A stretch of DNA of 64,000 nucleotides, from NCBI GenBank assembly GCA_965197925.1, contig CBDAOC010000019.1, forward strand, positions 288,001-352,000. The letters run 5' to 3'. The notes below the pieces were generated by a model. It saw nothing but the letters and a program-made list of their open reading frames with translations, searched no databases and was not told the DNA's origin. Each line of letters opens with the position of its first letter. The stretch's first letter is position 1. A program made the position numbers and the translations under genes. This document shows positions 36,113-47,295 of the stretch, piece after piece. This stretch comes from Nitrososphaerales archaeon. Its GTDB lineage: Archaea > Thermoproteota > Nitrososphaeria > Nitrososphaerales > UBA213.

Positions 36113-36700
36113 GATACTTTCTTTCGATCTGGATGACATCATATTCAGAAAAGATCCAGAGGATGTCTTTTGGAAAAAAATAATGGAATTGTTTACGGAG
36201 AGGTAAAAAATATCATTCAGGAGTGCTAAACTAAATGTAATGAAATAATATGAAGAATTAGGGTAGAACGATGTAAGATTGTACATTCTTGAATAACGAT
36301 TTCAATTGTTTAAGCTAGATATACCCTTGGATACCATTTTGAGTACTATAAATTATGTTAATGGTTTATCTGAAGATGTTAGTGTAGTCCATGCCCTGCC
36401 AACAAAGTTCATATCCATCATATTTACAAACAATCCTAGAAGTTCATGAGCACAAGCTGAGTATTTAATGAACCAGAGTTTATTTCACACATATTATCTT
36501 CGGTATAAAATTATGAAATGGTGAATAATAGATAATTTTTCAAAGGGATGAATTGTAAGCTGGGGAAAAAACCTGATGAAATGTTACACTCGACGATGAT
36601 CATTTTTTAGATGTATTAGAACCATGTACTGCTGGCATCTATGCGATTCTGCTTAATCATTATGATAACCTATGTTCTCTTCGCACTCTTAGATTTGAAT
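36108..36700 (+). pseudogene. Decayed HAD-superfamily hydrolase
   Basis: VEILSFDLDD, DVFW, IIFTNNPR, KKPDEMLH, DV..P..AGIYAILL across frames with many stops; limits approximate. Confidence 0.65.
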
Positions 36701-36902
36701 GAGTTAATATTGAATCACTAGTGTAATTACTGGGGTTGTATCATGATTATTACACAAAATAGAATACATTCTTACTAAATCTACTTTCGAAAATCAAGAT
36801 TTCGCGGGTTGGAACACTTGTTCCGTGTTACTTGTGATATATGGAACACTTACTTCGGGAAAGCTCTTTTGTTCTAAGACTCGTAATATCAATGAGAGCA
36901 AA

Positions 36903-37421
36903 ATGAGAGTACGGATTTCTACAATTGTCGGGGTTGCCATAGTTATATATGTAGCAGCCTTCCTGTTGAACGGAAACCTTAGCAGTAGTGATATAGCGGA
37001 GGCACAGCATGTAAAACGGTATCAGTTCGATAGTACTGGTGTTGCAGCGATTCCGTTTGGAAAGCTCGAGGGGTCGCAGGCAAGTTTTGTCTTAAGTACC
37101 AATGAGCTTAGCAGAGATGAAAACAGTACATTGATGATGGCTGTTAAAAATGGCTGGGTTTCTATCGATCATGGTGAAACAGTTACAATACATAGATTCG
37201 TTTCTGAAACTTGGCAAGGTAAATTCAATAATGATGGTAGTACATGGTCAGTCTCTGGTGTAATCAAAGATCCCTTTGGTAATTTGAATGCATTGGAATT
37301 CAATGGTAATAAGGTTCAGACCACAAACAAAGGTGATCTTTATGTAGTTACTGGAATGATGAAGAATGGCGAAAGCGAGTATAGCCTACACCATTTAGGA
37401 ACTATTGATGTCAAAGGCTGA
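36903..37421 (+). CDS. Secreted/membrane-anchored beta-rich hypothetical protein
   Basis: MRVRISTIVGVAIVIYVAAFLL signal-like N-terminus from ATG 36903. Confidence 0.7.
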   Translation: MRVRISTIVGVAIVIYVAAFLLNGNLSSSDIAEAQHVKRYQFDSTGVAAIPFGKLEGSQASFVLSTNELSRDENSTLMMAVKNGWVSIDHGETVTIHRFVSETWQGKFNNDGSTWSVSGVIKDPFGNLNALEFNGNKVQTTNKGDLYVVTGMMKNGESEYSLHHLGTIDVKG

Positions 37422-37961
37422 TGAGCCTACCTTTCTTATTTTTTAGAATTGTATAATGATTAAATTGGTAATAAAAAATATCTATATTGGAATCTGTCAT
37501 CATCACTCTATAATAAGAACCGATAAACCTTATCATTCTAAGATTTTTGATTGGGTATAGAAAAAGAGTAGATACAGATGGTTGTAGATATATGTTTTGA
37601 CAAGAATATAATATATCTAGGACCGTCAATTGTGCTCGAGTAACTTGGATTCGTTGTAGCCTCGGCATAGACCAAATACAAGGAATCATCTGAACATAAT
37701 GAGATAAATAATGGAGAAAAGTGTTCTTTAGGTTCTTATTTATAATTAGGGCCGAAGACTACATGAATTATGAAGTGATTAAATACCAAACGAGTTCACA
37801 AGTTTGATAGGTGTTATAATCAAACGGTCCTATAAAATGAGACGAAATATCCCAGTTTAACGCCTCATACAGAACGTTCTAAAGTTAGATTCAATTTAAG
37901 ATATTCGGTGGGGATCAACTCTCACAGTTTATATCGGAATAAAGAAGTAATGAAAGTGTAA

Positions 37962-38123
37962 ATGCACCCAATATCCAGGATTCCAGGTTTTGTAATTATT
38001 ATGATTATAGGTCTTGCAATTATAGGTTATGGCTTAACTCTGGACATAAATCCAAACTGGATTGTACCTATCGGTGTAATTTTTATCATTATTTCAATAT
38101 TGTCAGTTACGGTAGTGCGGTGA
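37962..38123 (+). CDS. 53-aa two-TM small protein (not in ORF track)
   Basis: MHPISRIPGFVIIMIIGLAIIGYGLTLDINPNWIVPIGVIFIIISILSVTVVR. Confidence 0.6.
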   Translation: MHPISRIPGFVIIMIIGLAIIGYGLTLDINPNWIVPIGVIFIIISILSVTVVR

Positions 38124-38545
38124 CCTACCACCTAATTGGGGTCCTTATCCATATTTTCAGTATATTCATCATCAAAAGTATAGCTTGAAGTATCGTCCAT
38201 AATATTGTCACAGGATTTATAGTATTGAAAATTGAAATATTGGATCCATCGGGTATAGATTTCTCGAAAAATAATTCTGAGCAATATTATTTTGACAGAT
38301 GCAGCAACTTTGGTGTTAATATTCACTGAATAGAATATATTCCTACCACGTATTCTTCTCCATAATAACAATTTTCTATGCAATGTGGCAAAGCATTGTA
38401 CTTTTATTCATTACCATTATTACATTGAGTTAAGTTATATGCGTTAAAAACCACAATACACAAGTAGAAATAATATGATTATTGTGAAGGGACATATTTT
38501 AGGAGGTAAGATTTTTATTGTAGTTTCTATTCTTAGCTTTTAAAG

Positions 38546-38797
38546 GTGATTTATTTGTCACAACAACAGCCAAAAAGACCATTAACGCTACTTCAGCGAG
38601 CCATTAACAGAAAGGTATCAGTTAGGCTTAAGAGCGAATATGAATACAGAGGAAAAATGAATAATGTAGATTCATACATGAATCTAATATTGGTCGATGC
38701 AGAAGAATTTAATGGTACTAATCATCTTGCAAATTATGGAAAGGTGGTAATCAGGGGTAACAATGTTTTGTTCATAAAGCTGGAAAATGAGTTATGA
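38546..38797 (+). CDS. Sm-like (Lsm/SmAP) RNA-binding protein
   Basis: Sm1 GxMxxxDxYMNLIL, Sm2 IRGNNV; true start may be TTG 38555. Confidence 0.92.
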   Translation: MIYLSQQQPKRPLTLLQRAINRKVSVRLKSEYEYRGKMNNVDSYMNLILVDAEEFNGTNHLANYGKVVIRGNNVLFIKLENEL

Positions 38798-38842
38798 GGC
38801 GCGATAGTTATAATTTCATGTTTTTAAAAGTTGTATGTGTCT

Positions 38843-39991
38843 ATGGCTAAAAAATTATTTACATCAGAATCTGTGACTGAAGGTCATCCGGATAAGGTTT
38901 GTGATCAAATTGTAGATACCTTGTTGGATGAATATATAAAGCAAGATGTAGAATCTAGAGTAGCTGCTGAAGCTCTTGCTGCACCAGGGCTGGTGGTTGT
39001 CGTGGGTGAAGTAACATGTAGAGGAAACGTGAATGTTGAAGATGTTGTTCGTCGAACAATAAAGGAAGCTGGTTATGATAATTCTGCTTTGGGTTTTGAT
39101 TACAAGACCTGTAAGGTACTTGTTTCATTACATGAACAGAGTCCTGACATCTCAATGGGTGTGACAGCCTCAGAGAATAAGGAACAAGGTGCGGGTGACC
39201 AGGGTATTATGTTCGGATATGCGACAAATGAAACTGCTGAATTAATGCCTATGCCAATAAACTTGGCGCACAAACTTACCATGAGACTTACCGAAGTGAG
39301 GAAGAAGAAGGATCTGAGCTGGTTAAGATCTGACGGGAAATCTCAAGTTACAATTGAATATGAGGGGAGCAAACCTAAAAGGATTCATACCGTAATTGTA
39401 TCTTCACAACATGCACCAGACGTTGATAATGAAACTATTAGAAATGATCTGATAGCTAAAGTGATTGAACCGATTTGTGATGGAATGCTTGACAAAGATA
39501 CTGTATGCTACATAAATCCCACGGGCCGATTTGTCATAGGTGGCCCCGCAGGTGATTGTGGAGTAACAGGGAGAAAGTTAGTTGCAGATACCTATGGCGG
39601 GGTTGGAAGTAATGGGGGGGGAGCGTTGTCTGGTAAAGATCCAAGCAAGGTTGATAGATCAGCATCATATATGTTAAGATATATTGCAAAAAATATTGTA
39701 AATTCAGGCCTCGCAGAAAGATGCGAATTACAAGTTGCTTATGCAATAGGTGTAGCTCAACCCGTATCTTTGATGGTTGATACGTTCGGTACGAGTAATA
39801 TATCGGAAGACGAAATTGAAAATATTATTAGAAAGAATTTTGATCTTAGACCCGCATCTATAATAAAAAATCTTGATCTAAAGCGACCCATATATAGAAA
39901 GACATCAGTTTATGGTCATTTCGGTAGGAACGATCCTGATTTTACTTGGGAGAGAACTGATAAGGCTGATGTGCTGAAGCAATATAGTTAA
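38843..39991 (+). CDS. metK: S-adenosylmethionine synthetase, bacterial/eukaryotic type
   Basis: [41 protein letters not shown]. Confidence 0.97.
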   Translation: MAKKLFTSESVTEGHPDKVCDQIVDTLLDEYIKQDVESRVAAEALAAPGLVVVVGEVTCRGNVNVEDVVRRTIKEAGYDNSALGFDYKTCKVLVSLHEQSPDISMGVTASENKEQGAGDQGIMFGYATNETAELMPMPINLAHKLTMRLTEVRKKKDLSWLRSDGKSQVTIEYEGSKPKRIHTVIVSSQHAPDVDNETIRNDLIAKVIEPICDGMLDKDTVCYINPTGRFVIGGPAGDCGVTGRKLVADTYGGVGSNGGGALSGKDPSKVDRSASYMLRYIAKNIVNSGLAERCELQVAYAIGVAQPVSLMVDTFGTSNISEDEIENIIRKNFDLRPASIIKNLDLKRPIYRKTSVYGHFGRNDPDFTWERTDKADVLKQYS

Positions 39992-40022
39992 TAGAATATA
40001 AAAATAGAATATAAAAATCAAC

Positions 40023-40902
40023 CAACTCATCTCAAAACCCTACAATACATCAAAAATGATGCAAGATTAACAAATGCCAGATAGTTTTCTGCCGTTCTTT
40101 CATACCTGGTTCTTGTTCTGTGAAATCCATTCTTGAGCCATGCAAAGAATCTCTCAACTACAAATCTTGTCTTGTTGTAATGTTTGCAATCATTATTTTG
40201 CAAGATGAACTTGGAATTTATTTTGTATGGGATGCAACATGCAATATTTCTATTCCACAACCACAAATACATTCTGATGTATTTTGCATCATTTTGTCTG
40301 CATAAACTGGTTCTATCTGTTGTATTGAATCATCATCAAGATAGTCTGAAATTGATCCTGTAACATCCATGCATTTTGTACTGTCATGTTCATTTGCTGG
40401 ACTCAACAGTATGGATATTGGAAATCCGTTACCCTCTACTGCGGCATGTATTTTTGTACCTGTTATTCTCTTGAATCCATTATATCCAGTTACATTGCCC
40501 CTTTTTTATCAGGAATGGATGAAGAGTCAACTGATATTTTTTGTAGATTAATTTTGCCAGATTTATGTGCTGAGTGAATAGTACGTGATAGAATCTTTTT
40601 CCAGATTCCTTTTTGTTGCCATTTGTTTAACCTTCTGTTTGCAGTAGAATCATCACCATATCTTTTTGGCATATCGTCCCATCGGCATCCAGTAGTTAGA
40701 ACATGGATTATTCCGTTAATGATTTTTCTATCATCATCCCTAGGCCTGCCAGTTTTTGCATGTGGTGGTATGTGTGATTCCATCATACTCCACTGTTTGT
40801 CTGATAATTCTTGGAATTTCATAAAATAATTTTAGATGTCGCTATTCATGGATCTAAATGGTCGCTAAAAATTGTCTAAATGGTTAGTTTTGAGATGAGT
40901 TG
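40023..40902 (-). mobile_element. IS5 family (IS427-like, two ORFs) copy B1
   Basis: Perfect 16-bp TIR CAACTCATCTCAAAAC; orfA 40490..40822 with AAAAAAG slip site at 40501-40507; orfB frameshifted after YADK. Confidence 0.93.
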
Positions 40903-40943
40903 AAAGAAGTGAATTTGTAGGTAGTGTGACAAATAAAAAGGAG

Positions 40944-41471
40944 CTACCTAACTTGAAAATTCGTGACAATTGTTCTGAATGCAAGAGGTAAGGGATCTGT
41001 TATACTCTTCCAGACAAATGCCTCGAGCATATACCCTCCTGGTTCTTGGGGTACCCATGCTATCGTGGTAATATCAGATTGCTTCGGAACCAAAGTACCC
41101 ATTGACCAAGACAGTGACGATATGAAACCATTTTGATCTGTAACCTGAAGGATATACGTATACTGTTTCCTTTCGTTTAACATGTTGGTAATGTTCAGTT
41201 GCGCAAGCACTGGATCTTCAACATCAATTATAGCTGTCACCTTATTGTTCTTGTCCAAGGTTATTAAGTCAGTGATTTTCGCTACTTCTGGTATGCGTTG
41301 CATTGCGGTTTCCTCTACTTGTAATAATCTCTCTGTTTCTCTATAATTGCTAGACTCAGATGAGATGGCATATCCACTTATGTCAATTCCATTATCTATT
41401 TTAACCCTAGCAGAGAATGTCGCACTACCAAATGGCAAAATATCCCCAGGCTCAGTTATCATTTTGGTCAT
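40944..41471 (-). CDS. Probable C-terminal remnant of a surface protein, 5' end disrupted
   Basis: Ig-like C-terminus YILQV.D.NG..SLSW...W.P..PG.Y..EAFVW; no signal peptide; abuts the rearranged IS region. Confidence 0.6.
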   Translation of the reverse strand: MTKMITEPGDILPFGSATFSARVKIDNGIDISGYAISSESSNYRETERLLQVEETAMQRIPEVAKITDLITLDKNNKVTAIIDVEDPVLAQLNITNMLNERKQYTYILQVTDQNGFISSLSWSMGTLVPKQSDITTIAWVPQEPGGYMLEAFVWKSITDPLPLAFRTIVTNFQVR

Positions 41472-41500
41472 TCTTTACACCTATACACAACGTTGCAAAC

Positions 41501-41952
41501 GTCATTAATAAACATTTTATCCTTCCTCACAAGCCAGAAAATACATAATTTTGCCCTGCAGGAATCAAGTATAATGACGAAGTCATCCCAATACTCTCCA
41601 ATACATCATAATCGACGAAATGATAACAACGGACCCGATAGTTTTGTGCATTCTTCTCATATCTGATCCTGGTTCTGTGGAACCCATTCTTCAACCAGGC
41701 AAAGAATCTCTCCACAACATAGCGCGTCTTGCCGTATAGGTATTGTTCTGTATTATACAACACACTATTTTTGTTGTTGTGTCTTACTGTTTTTTCTGTA
41801 AGGAAATAAAAATGCAGTCCAGAGATTTTTCTTTTGGTGAGGTATTTCCTGATGAATTCTGCATCATAGCGTCATTCTTTACACCTATACACAAGCAAAC
41901 TTGAAGGCTCTGCTATGGCACCGCGCAATTATTTCTGATAGATCTCTCCATC
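41501..41952 (-). repeat. Imperfect duplication of an IS end plus flanking DNA
   Basis: 41501-41850 repeats 41975-42300; GTCATTCTTTACACCTATACACAA at both 41468 and 41872. Confidence 0.85.
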
Positions 41953-42051
41953 CATTTTGGTCATACATTGTGAGTCATTAATAAACATTTTATCCTTCCT
42001 CACAAGCCAGAAAATACATAATTTTGCCCTGCAGGAATCAAGTATAATGAC

Positions 42052-42911
42052 GAAGTCATCCCAATACTCTCCAATACATCATAATCGACGAAATGATAAC
42101 AAATACCAAATAGTTTTGTGCATTCTTCTCATATCTGATCCTGGTTCTGTGGAACCCATTCTTCAACCAGGCAAAGAATCTCTCCACAACATAGCGCGTC
42201 TTGCCGTATAGGTATTGTTCTGTATTATCATTTTGTTGTTGTGTCTTACTGTTTTTTCTGTAAGGTATGCAGTCAGAGATTTTTCTTTTGGTGAGGTATT
42301 TCCAGCCCTTGTCTGCTTGGCACCGCGCAATTTTTCTGATAGATCTCTCATCCAGATATTGTGAGATGCCATCCATCACGTCTACAAATCTTGCAGAGTC
42401 ATGCTGATTTGCAGGACATTACTACTGAGACTGGCAGTCCGTTTTGTTCCACCGCAACGTGTATTTTTGTGCCTGAAATCCTGTTGAATCCGTTGTATCC
42501 TATGACGCTTCCCCTTTTTTGGCCGGAACTGATGACGAATCGACCGTTTTTTGCAGCTGCATCTTGCCTGATCTGTGGGCTGATTTGACTGCAGCGGAGA
42601 GGATATTCTTCCATATTCCACGTCGCTGCCAGTTCTGCAGTCTGCGGTGCGCAGTTGATTTGGAGCCGTACCTTTGTGACATCCCAGTCCACCTGCATCC
42701 TGTTATCCCGACAAACAGGATTCCGTTGACTGTCTTTCTGTCGTCTGCCCTTGGCCTTCCGGTTCTGGCTGGCTTGGGGAGATGCGGTGATATCATCTTC
42801 CATTGTTCACCTGTTATCTCCTGAAATTTCATGATCTGCTACGGGCAGCATTGCAAATAGATCCAAATGATCGTCAATTATTCACTAAATGATCAGTTTT
42901 GGGATCAGTTG
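42052..42911 (-). mobile_element. IS5 family (IS427-like) element C, relative of B1/B2
   Basis: TIRs GAAGTCATCCCAATAC / GTTTTGGGATCAGTTG; orfA 42500..42832 ending PAKKG at the slip site; orfB frameshifted. Confidence 0.9.
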
Positions 42912-42993
42912 GAATCCAATATAGTTATTCCCTTTTGGACATCAACTGATAATATGTACAAATCATCCCTATTTAATTTTTAATAAAACTATT

Positions 42994-43161
42994 CTATCTG
43001 TTACGTAGCCCCCAGTGTTGCAAAATCTGCCTTTCGAATTCTGCAAATTGGGGTTCCGACAAAACATCTCCACAGTTTTTATGCTTTGGGACAGTCCTCA
43101 TGCCTTCCAACTTGAATTGAACCTCGTAGAAATGCACTTTAAGGCAATTACACATCGTCAT
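42994..43161 (-). CDS. 55-aa putative Zn-binding small protein (not in ORF track)
   Basis: MTMCNCLKVHFYEVQFKLEGMRTVPKHKNCGDVLSEPQFAEFERQILQHWGLRNR; CxC...HxxC. Confidence 0.7.
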   Translation of the reverse strand: MTMCNCLKVHFYEVQFKLEGMRTVPKHKNCGDVLSEPQFAEFERQILQHWGLRNR

Positions 43162-43248
43162 TTATTTAGTAATATTATATATTTACTTTAAGTCATAACA
43201 CTTATCTGCTTGTTTAGATATGAAAATTTATTGAATACATGCCTACAC

Positions 43249-43827
43249 ATGTTTGCAGGAATTCTAATAATTTTAATGTTAATCCCATTGGAATCATTCG
43301 GTGAAACACAGGAGTTCATGAAAATGATTACACAACAAGACGCAGGCGATTCTTTAGAGGGAACGCTGTCAGAAGAACAGGAAAAGACCGTAGCGCTTGA
43401 AACTATCAACGGATTGTATAAGATACTAGTATTTTGGGAACCCACTGAAATAAAGCCTAACCAGATTGTAAAATTTGATATCAAGTTCAAGGACTCTATG
43501 GCGGGTGAGCTGCTAAATAATGTTTATTACGACTTTAGGGTTACTAAAGATGGAGAACCTATAAAGGAACTTAAAAGCTCTCTAGCAATAAACGGGATTA
43601 CGACCCACACAGTGGAGTTTCCCTCATCTGGCTCATTCAACATAATGGTAAACGTACTGGGCATAGGTGAGTTTATAGAGCCCCAGAATGAGTATGTATT
43701 TTTAGAAATAAAAGTCGTACCTGAATTTCCTCTTAGTACAATAGTAGTTATGGCATCTGTCGTTGGGATAATGATAGCTCTTACTAGGTTTACAATAATG
43801 ACTAAGAAATATGGAAACATAAATTGA
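43249..43827 (+). CDS. PEF(G)-CTERM-type sorted surface protein
   Basis: Signal peptide from ATG 43249; C-terminal VVPEFP + TM helix + basic tail. Confidence 0.85.
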   Translation: MFAGILIILMLIPLESFGETQEFMKMITQQDAGDSLEGTLSEEQEKTVALETINGLYKILVFWEPTEIKPNQIVKFDIKFKDSMAGELLNNVYYDFRVTKDGEPIKELKSSLAINGITTHTVEFPSSGSFNIMVNVLGIGEFIEPQNEYVFLEIKVVPEFPLSTIVVMASVVGIMIALTRFTIMTKKYGNIN

Positions 43828-43880
43828 AAAGTCATACGTTAGATAAATTTTTATCAATGTTTTGATCACTTATCAATTCA

Positions 43881-45014
43881 ATGACCAAATATACAGCTTT
43901 TGTGCTGATATGTATATTGATAGTGGGGGGAGTTTTAGTTACAAGGTCAGCTTACGCGCAAGAGTGGTTTCCTGGAGACAATGCACAGGAAGGCCTTTTG
44001 GTAAAATACAGGATATCCAATTTCGATTTTAAAGGAGGGTCCCCGTTTGATGTAACCCTATGGTTAAATTCAAAGGACGATAGAGGTAATTGGATAACTG
44101 ATATAATAGTTGAAGACAAAGGACAGGTAGTAACCGGAAGACTCATTTTATCATCGCTTACTTTAACACCTCTGGGAGGGGACATATCCCCAGAGCTACA
44201 ACCTTACCGAGCACCCATCAAAGATTCCCTTGCTTGGTTGGATAGTTATGCATCTCAAATTGAACCTAAATCTTTGACTGGAAATAGAGTATGGGGGGTC
44301 ATTGCTGCCATTGGAGGGGGTAGTATAACAGTAAAGCCGGTAGGCGCCGAGACCATTCAGGCCGCTGGTCAATCATGGGATACTTCTATAATTGGGTTCC
44401 ATTATGGGGTTGACAGCAAAGTTTGGATTAAAGATGATTTTCCATTGCCTATAAGAGCGAGAGTATACACTATTTCTACCCAACAACCAATTCCTGTTCA
44501 GTTTGAATTTGAATTGCTAGAAACTAGAATAACTGATATACCGCCTGAACCTCCCAAATCAGAATTACAACTACCAAAACCCCCACTTAGAAGCCTCACT
44601 ACCTCTGCAATATTTTCTGTTGAATTGTACTGGGAACCGATCACTATACAAACTGACGAGTCTACGACATTCACACTAGTAATTTTTGATCAACAAGATA
44701 GAGTTCTAAAAAATGTTCGATACAACTTACTAATAGAAGATGTAAAGGGAAGTACAGTAATTGATGAAGGGTTTTTGGCGGAAGAGGGTCAAGGAAGTCA
44801 TGAAATAACTTTTGAAGAAACTGGACGTACGCACATAACCGTCACAGTACAGGGAACGCTTGGAGGTATGCCTGAAAGAATTATTGAGAAAGCAGAATTT
44901 GAAATCATTGTCGTGCCTGAATTTCCATTGAGCTCAATTATAGTTATGGGCTCAATTGTGACTATTATGGTAATGATGATTAGATTCAAGAGGGTCAAGA
45001 TGCCCGGTCTGTAA
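43881..45014 (+). CDS. PEF(G)-CTERM-type sorted surface protein, two domains
   Basis: Signal peptide ending AYA; C-terminal domain paralogous to the upstream gene (WEP..I); VVPEFP + TM + basic tail. Confidence 0.88.
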   Translation: MTKYTAFVLICILIVGGVLVTRSAYAQEWFPGDNAQEGLLVKYRISNFDFKGGSPFDVTLWLNSKDDRGNWITDIIVEDKGQVVTGRLILSSLTLTPLGGDISPELQPYRAPIKDSLAWLDSYASQIEPKSLTGNRVWGVIAAIGGGSITVKPVGAETIQAAGQSWDTSIIGFHYGVDSKVWIKDDFPLPIRARVYTISTQQPIPVQFEFELLETRITDIPPEPPKSELQLPKPPLRSLTTSAIFSVELYWEPITIQTDESTTFTLVIFDQQDRVLKNVRYNLLIEDVKGSTVIDEGFLAEEGQGSHEITFEETGRTHITVTVQGTLGGMPERIIEKAEFEIIVVPEFPLSSIIVMGSIVTIMVMMIRFKRVKMPGL

Positions 45015-45061
45015 ATAGATATATTTTCAATATTCAATCACGAATAGCTAGGTGTGCTTAT

Positions 45062-45645
45062 ATGTCAAGTCTATCAAAAATACTGGGAGTTGCGGGGGGA
45101 GTGAGAATTGTGATATTAATAGGCATAATAGGATATGGAGAAATGACAAGATCATCAAGAAGTGGTTTTTTGGAAGTTCCTACTGAACATTGGAAGGTTG
45201 GATATTCATTGAAAGAGAAGACCAGAAATGGTATTTATCACTAGCAGTCGAAGATCCTTCCAAAGGCACTATTAAACAAGGATTGGTCATGTTAAGATTT
45301 TTGATAGATAATGGCACTATAAATCCAGAAATGAAGCCATGTATGGAAATAATAAATAGTTCTATACTATGGATAGTAGACTTTGCACTCGAACCGAAAT
45401 ATCTATCCAGTGGTGCAGTTTGGGGAAGTATAACACACGGTGTGCATAAAGAAGAAATTAAGATTACCTTGAGAGAGCAGGTCTTAACAGAGGCCGGGAT
45501 GTTTTCCTCTTTTGTTTTAAGTTACATGTTAGAAGACAAGGAAAGCAAGTTTTGGATAGTAAAAGATAAACCACTGCCAGTAAAGGCTCGACCCTTTGAT
45601 TCAGACGGAAAGTTGCAGTTCGAGTTTGAATTGGTGAATAATTAA
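45062..45645 (+). pseudogene. Frameshifted paralog of the N-terminal domain of 43881..45014
   Basis: EPK.L....VWG.I, SK.WI..D.PLP..AR, QFEFEL shared; split into 45062..45244 and 45190..45645. Confidence 0.7.
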
Positions 45646-45649
45646 ACCG

Positions 45650-46129
45650 CTATATGGATCCTATTCTATAGCAAAAGATCAATAGCCAGTCTACAAATTT
45701 CCTAACATCATCACCTATTTGACACCATATATTTATGGAGCCTGGTAAAATATCAATCCTGCCTTTCTGCAGAAAAAGCTTTACTCCTTCCATACCTTGA
45801 TACATGAAAGCATCTTTAGATTCAATTTGTTCAAACATTTCCTCCGCCTTTTCCTTTATTCTATCTTTTGGTATAAGAAATTTCTTTCTTCTTGGATCCA
45901 GAATAATAGTCATGTTTTCAGTTCCAAAAGAATTTAAATCTGATATTTTTTTTGAGTCGGGAAAGTGTAACTGCAGGGAAACTCCATGTTTTGCACTAAC
46001 AGAATAAGCCATCTCGTTAATCTGCACAAATACCCTTCCGGGATTATTTTTACTCATTTCTGTCATCACACTTTTATTTTTCTCAAGCTGTAACTTCAAT
46101 TCATTAAGCATAATAGTGAAACTCATCAA
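45650..46129 (-). CDS. Hypothetical protein
   Basis: 159-aa ORF with protein-like composition (LQLHFPD, GRIDILPGS); start uncertain. Confidence 0.7.
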   Translation of the reverse strand: MMSFTIMLNELKLQLEKNKSVMTEMSKNNPGRVFVQINEMAYSVSAKHGVSLQLHFPDSKKISDLNSFGTENMTIILDPRRKKFLIPKDRIKEKAEEMFEQIESKDAFMYQGMEGVKLFLQKGRIDILPGSINIWCQIGDDVRKFVDWLLIFCYRIGSI

Positions 46130-46418
46130 GAATGAGCTGTCTACTATGATATTATATGTTTATCAGATTTCATTAGTTGATACTAATATAACAATTGATT
46201 ACTCCAAATTCATAGATATTAAATGGGATAAAGGTTTTCCCATTCTTAATTTTTCTATACATTCACGATAGAAACAGGTAATACTTCAAAGATTCATTAA
46301 TGTATAAGAGAGACAATATGTTGATATCAATTTCAAATTATGGTTGTATAAGGTTACAAATATTGATAATGAAAAATCGATAAGCGATAGGCCAAAGCCA
46401 GGATAGCCCATAAATAGC

Positions 46419-47295
46419 CAACTCATCTCAAAACCCTACAATACATCAAAAATGATGCAAGATTAACAAATGCCAGATAGTTTTCTGCCGTTCTTTCATA
46501 CCTGGTTCTTGTTCTGTGAAATCCATTCTTGAGCCATGCAAAGAATCTCTCAACTACAAATCTTGTCTTGTTGTAATGTTTGCAATCATTATTTTGCAAG
46601 ATGAACTTGGAATTTATTTTGTATGGGATGCAACATGCAATATTTCTATTCCACAACCACAAATACATTCTGATGTATTTTGCATCATTTTGTCTGCATA
46701 AACTGGTTCTATCTGTTGTATTGAATCATCATCAAGATAGTCTGAAATTGATCCTGTAACATCCATGCATTTTGTACTGTCATGTTCATTTGCTGGACTC
46801 AACAGTATGGATATTGGAAATCCGTTACCCTCTACTGCGGCATGTATTTTTGTACCTGTTATTCTCTTGAATCCATTATATCCAGTTACATTGCCCCTTT
46901 TTTATCAGGAATGGATGAAGAGTCAACTGATTTTTGTAGATTAATTTTGCCAGATTTATGTGCTGAGTGAATAGTACGTGATAGAATCTTTTTCCAGATT
47001 CCTTTTTGTTGCCATTTGTTTAACCTTCTGTTTGCAGTAGAATCATCACCATATCTTTTTGGCATATCGTCCCATCGGCATCCAGTAGTTAGAACATGGA
47101 TTATTCCGTTAATGATTTTTCTATCATCATCCCTAGGCCTGCCAGTTTTTGCATGTGGTGGTATGTGTGATTCCATCATACTCCACTGTTTGTCTGATAA
47201 TTCTTGGAATTTCATAAAATAATTTTAGATGTCGCTATTCATGGATCTAAATGGTCGCTAAAAATTGTCTAAATGGTTAGTTTTGAGATGAGTTG
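46419..47295 (-). mobile_element. IS5 family (IS427-like) copy B2
   Basis: Same TIRs as B1; appears identical except a 3-bp deletion (KSVD vs KISVD); AGC on both sides. Confidence 0.93.

Noticed and set aside
37618..37832. MITE bounded by TAGGACCGT/ACGGTCCTA
   Set aside because: Only a 9-bp inverted repeat in a single copy; expected by chance in 64 kb
38843..39991. Bacterial-type MetK as a recent transfer
   Set aside because: Sits beside lsm with no mobility signs or obvious compositional shift; I recall this type being normal in the phylum but could not verify
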